A DNA stretch of 64,000 bases from the IMG/VR virus record IMGVR_UViG_3300029488_000242. One strand, written 5' to 3'. Position numbers and translations under genes: made by a program. This stretch comes from a virus (Duplodnaviria; Heunggongvirae; Uroviricota; Caudoviricetes). The notes below the pieces were generated by a model, which saw only the letters and a list, made by a program, of their open reading frames with translations, made no database searches and was not told the origin of the DNA. Below are positions 11,801 through 20,541 of this stretch, in pieces; positions within the stretch are counted from its first letter, which is position 1, and the number at the start of each line of letters is the position of its first letter.

Positions 11801-13530
11801 TTTTTGTCATTCTCATAAATAGTTTCAAGCTGTGAAAATAACTCTTGTTCAGATATTATACCTTGCATATAATCCGAAAGTGCTGCCTTTGCTTCCGGAT
11901 ATTTCTTGATAATGCTTTGCATAGATGATACACCTATACGTCCATTATCATCTAATTCTTTTTGGATTGTAGATAATAGGTCTGCTTCTGATTGAAGGTC
12001 TGCAAGATTGGCTGTTTGTGACTTATCATCTGATTCTGTGAGAAGAGAAGTTAAGTCAGTAAATGCACCAGATATAGATTGTGCAGCATCAGTTCCAGTT
12101 TCTTTAAGCTTATTAAGATACTTAATAAATACATCTGCTGCTGATTGTCCATCTTCTAAGATTAAATCAGTATCATTCAGCTTATCATTAAGAACATCAA
12201 TCCCCTTAATATCATCCTCAGTAAGAGTACCTTCATTAAGTGCTGTTTTAAGCTTATCAACTATTGTCTGATAACTTTTATCATCTATAATAGAATCTAG
12301 TTTAACTGTATTCCATTCAGCAGACCTACCAGTATATCGGTATAAGTCCATTTCCTTCTTCTGCATATCATCCCACATAGCTTGATATTGTGGATTGTCA
12401 AATGTACCATCAGAATTCATAGAGTTCATCAATGTCTGTTTGAATGCTTCATACTTCTCTATCTTATCAGAGAAGGTTTCTTCTGCCATCTTTTCAGCAG
12501 ATTCTTTTAACTTTTCATTGGAATTTGTATAATTAGAAATAAGATTATTATTGAGGTCAATACTATGTTGGTATTGAGCTTTAAGACTTTCATCAGAAGT
12601 GGCATTTAATTGTGCCTGTAATTCTTCGCTTTGTTTCTGAAATTCCTCTAATTTCTGTTCATTAGCTTTAATAGCATAATCAAAATCAGATAATTCACTC
12701 GCTCTGTCTAAAAATGAGCCAACGTGGAAACCATCTGCATCAGATGATGCTTGATAATACTGTTCCTGTTTACTAGCAGTATCGTCAGTTTCCATGCGAT
12801 TTTCTCTTGTGTATGTTTTATATGCTTCGTCAGAGGCTTCCTTTGCTTTCTGCTTTTTAACCTCTTCCTGATTCTGTATCATAAGTCTTAACTCTTCATT
12901 AGTGAGTTTCAACTTATCAAGTTCAGACTGTTCTACTAATGTAATAGTACCATTATTAGACTTTTCAATTAATTCAGCTATTCTACTCGTAGTCTCTGAT
13001 AGCTTAGTTTTTAATTCATCAAGCTTTGTACATGCATCCGTATAGTCCTGTTGTGCATTTTCAAATGCTTCACGCTGTTCTTTCATAGATGTTGTTAACG
13101 CATCTACTATCTTAACTGCTCCTGCAATAGCACCTAAAGTTACTGTTATAGTAAGTAATACAGGGTGTGCAACTGCAAGTGCTTTTAATGATGCACCAAG
13201 ACCTTTGATAGCCGTACCAAATCCAACAGTGGCAGTAGTAGCAGTACCTTCGGTAACAGCTACGGCATTAGTAGCAGTAGCATTAGCAAGTTCAGCAGTA
13301 GTAGTTTTTAATAAACTCCCTTGAAGTCCCTTTGAAACCAAAACAGCTTTTATTTGTGTGGCGTTAAGTTGACTTTGACTTAAAGCCATTTTTGTTGCTT
13401 CTTTAGAATAATCAGAAAAACACGCAACAATTTCTTTTGTTAAATTTTTATTATTAGCAATATTAGAATTATTTAATAATTCATTTAGATTACTCAAAGC
13501 AGAGACAGACTCTCCAACAGTCTTTAGTTG
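8833..13530 (-). CDS. tape measure protein, exon 2 (1565 aa)
   Basis: Frame is open upstream of the annotated TTG (13497) to QLKTVGESVSAL; no RBS before the TTG; long coiled coil with typical TMP C-term (YRKGTK...GSEVIV...GDTVF). Confidence 0.85.
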   Translation of the reverse strand, partial: QLKTVGESVSALSNLNELLNNSNIANNKNLTKEIVACFSDYSKEATKMALSQSQLNATQIKAVLVSKGLQGSLLKTTTAELANATATNAVAVTEGTATTATVGFGTAIKGLGASLKALAVAHPVLLTITVTLGAIAGAVKIVDALTTSMKEQREAFENAQQDYTDACTKLDELKTKLSETTSRIAELIEKSNNGTITLVEQSELDKLKLTNEELRLMIQNQEEVKKQKAKEASDEAYKTYTRENRMETDDTASKQEQYYQASSDADGFHVGSFLDRASELSDFDYAIKANEQKLEEFQKQSEELQAQLNATSDESLKAQYQHSIDLNNNLISNYTNSNEKLKESAEKMAEETFSDKIEKYEAFKQTLMNSMNSDGTFDNPQYQAMWDDMQKKEMDLYRYTGRSAEWNTVKLDSIIDDKSYQTIVDKLKTALNEGTLTEDDIKGIDVLNDKLNDTDLILEDGQSAADVFIKYLNKLKETGTDAAQSISGAFTDLTSLLTESDDKSQTANLADLQSEADLLSTIQKELDDNGRIGVSSMQSIIKKYPEAKAALSDYMQGIISEQELFSQLETIYENDKNQYIQSVVDKSQTDEEFFNAVMTNYPELYNELSSLYGNDVDNWSNMEQAKLEITNKAIKELAGVWSDYFKVVQDANGKLMVQTTGWYDAGMYSADPDEVEAMDEEYNNMYNHFQSIVDGANAAVDALDNYSFKQVSSSINVDWKGMSGYDSSDSSSSSSGSDSSSEPSPQDFNWVEPLLSKISKAYDRLKNKVSDTTRTWLNRNNALSDSMETLLSEINAQSDAYDFYMDRFNSYDLSDYYKDQIANGSFNIETVYDEDLKDAISDCQDLYDKAQDAADSVQSLNLEIRQLAKSRFDNIQSQFEEVLGKVNSIKDLYSKDNDLLEEQGWFASTLLNNSMIEQEQKNLTKLEQERDALTKALNSAMASGKIEAESEDWYSMQASIDDVTSSIFDAKKALVEYDNAIRQINWDAFNRTRDDVSNLIDETQFLVDLLKNEDITDDNGNMNDNGKAAQALIAQKYQLYLNQAKAYKDEILKINEELANDPYDKELLDRKQELIKAQQEAINSSISEKDALKDLVQEGYDTFLDKLDEVIQKYKDLMNQQKDAYDYEKSIAEKTKALNALEKQYSAVQGDNSEEGKKNIQQLKDQINTAKDDLKDTEYEKLISDTQAILDELQDNAKNWLDQRIDEFDVTMQEIIDQSNENASNISQTITDTAENYGYKLSESMSNIWSTNASNITNGINSVLGDFSNKFVEGSNAINKVCGDINAAVQGLLKNSNDEAQRVADEIARQQAEQNANTDGGYSDSGSSGSDSDSNDWSDNWDNSDSGSSDDSGSDGVNWIYSPDSYPKDLLNIENSIVDRIKWHDYDSSFAARSQYYDQMGGEGQYYGTYDQNVFMLDWMKSHGYRKGTKSATSGVHIYDEDNPGSEVIVTKYGTLRQFDSGDTVFSKEQVQKLWDMSKGITDLTPNMGLNNIASKLPDIPVNSKSMSNKVDISYGDVSLSFPNVHNYEDFMKQAQQDPKFEKMVQNMTLGQTLGRNSLNKLTFR

Positions 13531-13531
13531 C

Positions 13532-13560
13532 TTGCATAATAATTATAAATAAATTATAAT
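13532..13560 (+). promoter_or_regulatory. sigma-A promoter for antisense intron cargo gene
   Basis: TTGCAT(13532-37)-N17-TATAAT(13555-60), followed by AGGAGG RBS of ORF 13597. Confidence 0.65.
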
Positions 13561-13596
13561 AATAAAAATATAATTTTACAATAAGTAGGAGGTATT

Positions 13597-14013
13597 ATGA
13601 ATTACGAAGAAGCAAAAAAATATATTTATAATGAAATAAAATTAGGAAATTCTAATTGTACAGAAATTCTTGTTGATATTGCAGGAGAATTAGATCAAGA
13701 TGGAATTGAATTTATTCAAAAACTCACAAATTCTTCTTATGAAGATGTAATTAAGATATGGTATGAATTAAAAAAAGATTATGGTTCAAAAAAAACCAAC
13801 CCATTTTTCCCCGACCTTACCCCACAGCAAATCGCTCAAGCCAACGCCCAAGCACAAGAATTACTAAATAAACCTAAATGTCCGACTTGTGGAAGTACAA
13901 ACATTAAAAAGATAGGTGGAGTAGAACGTGGGGCATCAATATGGGCTTTCGGTATCTTTAGTAAGAAGATTAACAAGACATTTAAGTGTGGTAACTGCGG
14001 TTATACTTGGTAA
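13597..14013 (+). CDS. zinc-ribbon protein (intron cargo)
   Basis: 138 aa, AGGAGG RBS, C-term CPTCGS...FKCGNCGYTW. Confidence 0.8.
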   Translation: MNYEEAKKYIYNEIKLGNSNCTEILVDIAGELDQDGIEFIQKLTNSSYEDVIKIWYELKKDYGSKKTNPFFPDLTPQQIAQANAQAQELLNKPKCPTCGSTNIKKIGGVERGASIWAFGIFSKKINKTFKCGNCGYTW

Positions 14014-14086
14014 ACATATGTTCCGAATGGTAAAATATTCCTCAAAGTAGTATGATGGTGTTATCAAATTACGGAGGAGTATCACA

Positions 14087-14314
14087 ATGTACACATTTAA
14101 AATTAAAAACAAAGATGGTAAAGTTCAAGAGTATGAACATATCAAAAAAGTATATTATGGACATAAGGGTATATCCGAACATACTCTTGAAGGTGATGAA
14201 ATATTCAATCATCAATACTCTACGGGATATGATTTGCATTTATATTCTGAGAATAATGCATTTACCATCGCTAGGTCAGAAATTTCAGTTATAGAAGTAG
14301 TAAAAGAAAATTAA
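14087..14314 (+). CDS. hypothetical protein (intron cargo)
   Basis: 75 aa, GGAGG RBS, followed by hairpin plus T-run. Confidence 0.7.
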   Translation: MYTFKIKNKDGKVQEYEHIKKVYYGHKGISEHTLEGDEIFNHQYSTGYDLHLYSENNAFTIARSEISVIEVVKEN

Positions 14315-14451
14315 TTACCATACCCGAATTCAATTATCACTTCTGTATTGAGTTCGGGTATTTTATTAAGATCAAGAGCCTTTATATATTCAATAGCTGG
14401 TTTTAATTCCTCTAATTCGTTGATTTTAATTTTAATATTTAAATTTGTCAT
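14311..14451 (-). CDS. small hypothetical protein, 46 aa (intron cargo)
   Basis: MTNLNIKIKINELEELKPAIEYIKALDLNKIPELNTEVIIEFGYGN, GAGGT RBS; convergent with 14087-14314. Confidence 0.5.
   Translation of the reverse strand: MTNLNIKIKINELEELKPAIEYIKALDLNKIPELNTEVIIEFGYGN
14320..14367 (+). terminator. intrinsic terminator
   Basis: ATACCCGAATTCAAT...ATTGAGTTCGGGTAT followed by a T-run. Confidence 0.55.
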
Positions 14452-14920
14452 TATTTTTTACCTCACATCATAATAATTTAGGTTATTCCGTCCAAATAAA
14501 TAGATATAATAAAAGAGTAGTCAATTATGCTAAAAATTCATTATTGTCCAAATTGTCACAGAGTTACATATACACATTATCTTACAAATGTATGTCGAGT
14601 ATGTAATTGTGATTGTATAAAACTCGATATTGACTTTGAAGAATTCTTCTCAATGAATGAAGTCGAAAGAAAAGAATATATATCGAAACACATTGGCTTA
14701 TAGAATACAAACTACTGTTCTGAATTGTATTTAATTTTGTACAATGGTAAAATATAGACATTGGAGAAACAACATAGATGTGTGCCATAACACTCTATAA
14801 CCGAAGGTTGTCCCAATGTCTATATTTATGGCATTCGGAAAAATGAATCTGCCCTTTCTGGGCGCATATTTCCCTAATTTATATTTCTATTCTATAGAGA
14901 AGGGAGGTGAAATTATAATA

Positions 14921-15094
14921 ATGGTTGATATTATTATAGCCATTTTAAAACTTATGGGTTGTGGAGGCATATGTTACTTTATCTGGTTGACATATGAATT
15001 CATTTCAATAGTTCTTATCTGTAGACATAACGAACTCTCTGATAAGAAAGTTAAATATATAACCCAAATGTTCTCTAAGAGCAAAAAATTTTAA
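14921..15094 (+). CDS. small membrane protein, 57 aa (intron cargo)
   Basis: GGGAGGTG RBS before ATG 14921; hydrophobic N-half, basic C-term. Confidence 0.6.
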   Translation: MVDIIIAILKLMGCGGICYFIWLTYEFISIVLICRHNELSDKKVKYITQMFSKSKKF

Positions 15095-15140
15095 TATTTT
15101 CTCCTATATGCTGTATTCATATTTCCTTTTATTCCATTGG

Positions 15141-15172
15141 TAGGGCTGTCTCACGACAGTCCTATTTTATTA
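15141..15172 (+). terminator. intrinsic terminator ending antisense transcription before the ribozyme core
   Basis: TAGGGCTGTC-TCAC-GACAGTCCTA followed by TTTTATT. Confidence 0.65.
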
Positions 15173-15756
15173 TTCTCTTTTTATAAGTTATTTTTTGGAA
15201 TTTTCTAGTTGAGTTAAACACACACTCAAATACATTACTGAATTCCGAAATCGCAATGTACACTATGCATTATAAGCGAATGTCATACTTAAGGCGATGA
15301 CTCACTTAGAGGATGGGTATGTCGTTGGGGATTGCTCTCTTATATAGTTATTCTCTATATATGACCTTTCATTTCTATATATGGTCAACATTATAAATGT
15401 AGAGTACCGTCCTGCTCGTTGCCCGTTGTTAATGATACTTAGACACCTATCAAGTCTCCTTGATATTCTCATATATCCACATATACAATTTTTTCTACTT
15501 TCGTAACCTCATCCAATATAACTATATGGATTACGGTTTGTTATGTGATCCGTGGGTAGTTTGTTAAGCTACCAAGCATTCAAGCATTTATTCCTCCATG
15601 TAATAGTTTATACTCCGCTAAAGTGTTTGCAGAGTTTATATTAAGAATCCCATGTATCCATAGATTTGATTGTAACGCCATTATGTTATTCTCTTATCTA
15701 TGATTGACCAACTAAAAACTGTTGGAGAGAGTTTTTGTGTAAGGTTTGAAAACCTA

Positions 15757-18108
15757 ATCAAAATTCTTAATAAAGGCTGTTAAACCACCACCTATTGTAA
15801 GTGTTGGTATTAGATGCATTTTATCAATTACCCAACCAAGTGCTTCTGATAATTTTGTTAATCCATCTATAACTATATTTATATCACCACGATCTGCAAT
15901 ATCCTGAACAGTTCCAACCCAAGTTTGTTTTAATTCATTAAGCTTGTAGGTAATTGACTGTTTTGCTGTTTCCATTTCTTTGTCTGCACTGCCAGCAGCA
16001 TTATCCATAACATCAAGGGCTTTCTCAACACCTTTAAAGTTCTGAATAAGAGCAGCACCAGCTTGAGCCTGTGTACGACCAAAAGCTTTAAGAAGGAAAT
16101 CATTTTGCTGTTTTTGTGACATCTCATCCCAGATGTCGGCAATTTCTCTAAAATAATCTACTAAACTCTTAAACTCTGTTGTAGAACCAGGTTTAAAAAC
16201 AGATACGCCTTGGGCATGTTCAGCAGTTTTTGTTAAATCAGCTAATTCACCTGTAATATTTGCTAAATCAGAAGAGTATTCTTCTGTAGATTCATCGAAA
16301 GAACGTAGTCTTAAAGCAACGCTTCTGAGGGACGTGCCACTTTTTTCTGAGTTCTGAAGGACTTCTTGTATACCTGAAAATAAAGCAAAAGCATCTTTTG
16401 TAGAAGTTCCAACAGCGGCAAGTGCAGCAGCGGAACGTTCCATACCTTCTACTATATCTTGATTGTCTTCAGCCATCGCATTGCCAAGTGCATTTATATC
16501 ATCCATTATCTGAGATTTAACATCTTGATATCCGATATCCCACGCCTTCATGATGCTGACGAGTCCTTCTTGCGATGTTGTGGTATCCATACCAGGAGAA
16601 ATTATAGCAAATTGCGAACTTAACTTAGCCATTTCAGTAGCAGCTTGTTTTGAATTGTATCCAAGACGACTCCAACTACTTGCTTGATCTATGATTTCTT
16701 TGGTTGTTACACCCATTTGTTTTGCAACATCATTAGAGTCATAGTAAAACTGTTCAAGTTCAGATGAGTTCATTGCTGTAGTTTTCTTTAAATCAACTAA
16801 AGCATAATCAAGTTCTTTTACAGTGCTGAAAGCCTGTTTTCCAAGATTAATAACATCATACACACCAAACATACCTGCCATCTGTGCAGCAATCTGATGG
16901 AATCCGCTATTCTTCATGGTATCCCACAAAGTTCTGCCAGCACGACCAGCTTCGACTTCGGCATTATAAATCTTTAAGATTTCACCATGAATCTTGTCAA
17001 GACTCATACTAGGATTACCACTTTCAATTTCTGCATAGTAAGCTTTAATCTTAACTTTAGCCTCAGTAGACATATTACCGTTCTCAGCTAAAAGCTTATG
17101 AATCTTGTCTAATTCTTTCTGACCAGATACAAAGTTATATCCTTTTTCAGAAGCTGACATATTAGTAACAGTAGCGATAGTATCTTTGATTTTCTTTTCA
17201 TAATTATCCAATTTAGAAATATCTTTGCTTGTCACCAAACTAGCATCTTTGCCTTTTAATTCATTGAGCAGAGTTTCATACTCTTTAACAGCATTCTTAA
17301 CTGCTTGCACATTTTCCAAATATGTACTACTTGTCCAACCACCATCATTAAATCTATCAATAGTTGTCTTGTATTTATCAATCTTACCATTGTAAGAATC
17401 TAGCCGCTTATCATACTTGTTAAGGTTTACATTAACATTTTGTTCTTTAGCCTGTGTATTTTCCTTAACTTTCTGAGTATTCTGCTCTAATACATTATTC
17501 TCTTCTTTAATGGAATTAGTAGCAGACTCTACAGATGCAGAAACATCTTTGTCAGGAAATGCGTCTTTCTTTGGATTATTCTCTAATGAAATATTCGTTT
17601 TCTGTCCAATCTTACTTTGTGCATCAGCCAATTTCTCAGCTTCTTTTGCAGCGTTTTGATACGCATTACTAATATTCTCCACTTGTTTGACAACACCACT
17701 CGTATTGCCACCCATGTTGCCCATATTCTTATTAACATTGAGAATATTCTGACTCAGTTCAGAAAGTGACTTATCAATGTTCTGGATAGAAGAGAGTAGT
17801 GTCTTCGTACCAGAATCATCTACTTTACCAAAAGCTTTACTTAAACTCTGTACTTCTGATACAATACTTGATAACTCTTTTGATAAATTCTCAAACTGTT
17901 TAAAATCACCTGTTCCTTTGCCAAGAGAATCAAGCATTTTTTCGAGATTAGAAATTACATTAGATAATTTCTTTTCATCAACATTAAATTTAATTGTATA
18001 TTCTCTACCCTCAACAATATCTAATCTGTCTTGGACTTGTTTCATATCTTTAAGCAGTTTTTCTACATTTGATTTAATTTCTAAATCATACTGATATGTA
18101 CCTGGCAT
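15757..18108 (-). CDS. tape measure protein, exon 1 (784 aa)
   Basis: TP901-type TMP domain (ELDYALVDLKKT...SSWSRLGY...GTSLRSVALRLR); ends AFIKNFD immediately before the intron's first triplet TAG. Confidence 0.85.
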
Positions 18109-18116
18109 TTCCTACC

Positions 18117-18668
18117 TCACTTTCTTAAAATTTGTTCTATTCTTTTATTGATAATGTCATCCAAACGACCACCAAATCCACTTTCAATGTCTCGTTCAAC
18201 ATACATATATGGAGGTAATGATTGATGCATCATCCATTTTCCATGACCATGTTCTCCATCCATAAACATATAGTCGAAAGCAAGACTGGCATTTAATTTT
18301 TGATGATTACCTTTTTTATTAGAATATTTCCCGTCTTCTCTTGGTGCATCATATGTATTTCCCCAACCATATCCAGCCCAACCGATATAATTATCCATTG
18401 CACCTGAATCAACCGAAAAACGAAGAACATTTCCTTTTCCTTTTGTTCTTGTAGAATCAAGAATTTTCATAAAGTTATATGTTCTTTCATATGACTGTGG
18501 AGTATAGTCGTTGTACCAATCTATCAATGAATATCTAACAGATTCTTTTAGAAGTTCATTTGCTTGTGGTGCGACTTCTTCTGCAATATGATTTTCAATT
18601 CTGTCTAACTTCTTTTTAAAATCTGCATATATATTTTTAGCCAATTTCATCACCTCCAAAATTTTCAC
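18117..18668 (-). CDS. hypothetical virion-module protein
   Basis: 183 aa directly upstream of TMP; true start probably a later TTG after GGAGGTG. Confidence 0.6.
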   Translation of the reverse strand: MKILEVMKLAKNIYADFKKKLDRIENHIAEEVAPQANELLKESVRYSLIDWYNDYTPQSYERTYNFMKILDSTRTKGKGNVLRFSVDSGAMDNYIGWAGYGWGNTYDAPREDGKYSNKKGNHQKLNASLAFDYMFMDGEHGHGKWMMHQSLPPYMYVERDIESGFGGRLDDIINKRIEQILRK

Positions 18669-18842
18669 TATAATTTCGCTATTTTTACACTAAAATAGGA
18701 GAGTAGTATAACCACTCTCCATAAGAAAAGCCCTATACGCTGTGACACGTATAGAGCCTAAAATTACACTTCCTAAATAAAGGAATATATGCTATTATAT
18801 TAATATCTGTGGTAAATATAGGTAGATAAGGAGAAACTAAAA

Positions 18843-18935
18843 ATGGAAACATTTTGCTCAATAGTTTCTGCCTGTGTTACAGTCTTAGGATTTGTATATA
18901 CAGTCTACAGAGATAAAGATAATAACAAAAAATAA
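18843..18935 (+). CDS. 30-aa hydrophobic peptide, type I toxin-like
   Basis: AAGGAG RBS; METFCSIVSACVTVLGFVYTVYRDKDNNKK = one TM helix plus charged tail. Confidence 0.5.
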   Translation: METFCSIVSACVTVLGFVYTVYRDKDNNKK

Positions 18936-19104
18936 TATGATTTTATAATCATATTGTAATAAATATGAGTATCTACTTGGATTATGAATTAAATAGAACG
19001 GGAAGAAGACCAGCCACCTTTTTCTACACAAAATTATAATTACAAAATCCTATATTTACATAAGTTCTTGAGGTATAATAAAACAAGTAGAGAAAGTATT
19101 TATC

Positions 19105-19134
19105 TTGACAAATACTATATATAGTGTATATAAT
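19105..19134 (+). promoter_or_regulatory. consensus sigma-A promoter (probable sRNA)
   Basis: TTGACA-N18-TATAAT, no good RBS/ORF before the terminator at 19251. Confidence 0.55.
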
Positions 19135-19250
19135 TAACAATGAGCAAAATAAGAATTCCATAAACCTTATCTAATGGACACAATTTGGCTAATTGTGCTT
19201 CTCAAAAATAAAATTGTTTTTTTTACAGGAGAAGATGGAGTATTGATAGG

Positions 19251-19288
19251 AAAATAGCATCGTAGAAATACGGTGCTATTTTTCTTTT
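19251..19288. terminator. bidirectional intrinsic terminator
   Basis: AAAATAGCATCGTA-GAAA-TACGGTGCTATTTTTCTTTT. Confidence 0.7.
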
Positions 19289-19289
19289 A

Positions 19290-19463
19290 TTAATTATGTA
19301 TTATTCCATATATCATACCAACCAGTCCAAACACAAAATAATAGTGCGCAGTAGTTAATTCAAATGAGATAAATGGTTGTAAGGCTTTAATACAAATATT
19401 ATCAACATTGAACCATGAAAGAATCCGTCCGCATAAAAGTCCGTATAATATTCCACATATCAT
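19290..19463 (-). CDS. small membrane protein, 57 aa
   Basis: MICGILYGLLCGRILSWF...FVFGLVGMIYGIIHN, TAATG-coupled to the upstream gene. Confidence 0.55.
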   Translation of the reverse strand: MICGILYGLLCGRILSWFNVDNICIKALQPFISFELTTAHYYFVFGLVGMIYGIIHN

Positions 19464-20107
19464 TATTCCACTTCCTTAAAGCTGCCAGCTTTTGCAAATT
19501 CAACGACCTTCTGTACATCTTTTTGTGGAATATCTGCAATTTTATCCTGCACAGCTTCCATGAAAGGTTCAACAAGAGTATTAATTAAAGTCCCAAATCT
19601 TTCGACCTGACGACTAACATATGCGTGTGGTTCATACATATTCTGCATAATATCAGACTTGTGCATATCAATAAGAGTTCTTATTTCAGATATCTCGCTT
19701 ATAGGAATAAGTGGTGGAATTTCTTTCTTATCTACAATTTCACCAATCATTAATTTATCGAGTAACCTACAAGACTTTAATAAGTCATAATCTGTCATAA
19801 AATTAGTATCATCGCTGCAAATAAGATTTGTATATTTTTCAATAACTTCTCTAACAAAAAGCATATACTGAACGAATGAATTAATATGTATATTATCAGT
19901 CTTGCGGAACTTAGTTTCACCATTTTCATCTGTATATTTTTCCTGTTCAAACATAGTTCTATCTGTAATGACTATTGCAATAGCGTCTTTAATGTTTACA
20001 GGTAAATAAGATATAATTTCTAGCTTCTCCTGTATATATCTTTTTTTTAATGAATCTACACACATATTGTATCCTTCAACAAATTCTTTAACTGTTATCT
20101 TATTCAT
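19463..20107 (-). CDS. hypothetical protein (possible tail assembly chaperone)
   Basis: 214 aa, AAGGAG RBS, position upstream of TMP. Confidence 0.55.
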   Translation of the reverse strand: MNKITVKEFVEGYNMCVDSLKKRYIQEKLEIISYLPVNIKDAIAIVITDRTMFEQEKYTDENGETKFRKTDNIHINSFVQYMLFVREVIEKYTNLICSDDTNFMTDYDLLKSCRLLDKLMIGEIVDKKEIPPLIPISEISEIRTLIDMHKSDIMQNMYEPHAYVSRQVERFGTLINTLVEPFMEAVQDKIADIPQKDVQKVVEFAKAGSFKEVE

Positions 20108-20129
20108 ATTCCTTTTTCTCCTTTATAAA

Positions 20130-20525
20130 TTATTCTTCTACGATAGGCACAAATATAGCATATAATTCTGCACTAAGTCCTAAACTAAACAATTCATCAA
20201 CGGTCATTGAAGTAAATTCAACATCAATATTCTGATTTCTGAGTACGTTCATCTCTTCAACAAACTTATCCATATTTTCGGAATCTTTCTTGATTTCTAT
20301 ATTTCCTGTCTTGTTACCTTCCTTATCAAGAACTGGTTCACCATATTTCTTAACAAGATCCTGTCTTGTCTGATCATAGTCTGTATAGATGCCAGAGAAA
20401 CTTCTTATTATACCAAGAAGCTTAAATTTAGAAAGAGATGTAATGTTAGAGTCTTTATTCTCTATAATACCCTTTGTTATCTCATATATATTTGTTGCTT
20501 CGTAAAGCTTCATTGTTTTCTTCAT
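20130..20525 (-). CDS. DUF1617-like hypothetical phage protein
   Basis: 131 aa; RQDLVKKYG...D.EG...I pattern. Confidence 0.5.
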   Translation of the reverse strand: MKKTMKLYEATNIYEITKGIIENKDSNITSLSKFKLLGIIRSFSGIYTDYDQTRQDLVKKYGEPVLDKEGNKTGNIEIKKDSENMDKFVEEMNVLRNQNIDVEFTSMTVDELFSLGLSAELYAIFVPIVEE

Positions 20526-20541
20526 ATTATATTATTCTCCT

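Larger units (their letters stand above)
13531..15756 (-). mobile_element. group I-type intron in tape measure gene (2226 nt) with extended guide and cargo genes
   Basis: 5' splice after U (TTTGAT|TAG), 3' splice after G (TGCAAG|CAACTA), in-frame join. IGS 15704-15729 pairs with both exons. P4 UGCUUG/CGAGCA, R CCCCAACGACAUAC, P3 GGAGGA/UCCUCU, P7 GACAUAC/GUAUGAC, P9 hairpin 15231-15260. Confidence 0.8.

Noticed and set aside
13510..15729. 21-bp inverted repeat as a DNA inversion site or IS terminal repeat
   Set aside because: Inversion would leave the TAG in place and not restore the ORF; no transposase; both mismatches are G.U-compatible on the mRNA and pairing extends into exon 1, favouring RNA pairing
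15690..15756. TAG read-through or stop-codon recoding to explain the split TMP
   Set aside because: Read-through meets another TAG and then TAA within ~20 codons; no suppressor tRNA is seen and other genes use the standard code
8833..18108. TMP pseudogene / defective prophage
   Set aside because: Both halves are intact long ORFs with a precise in-frame splice solution, and the other structural genes are uninterrupted
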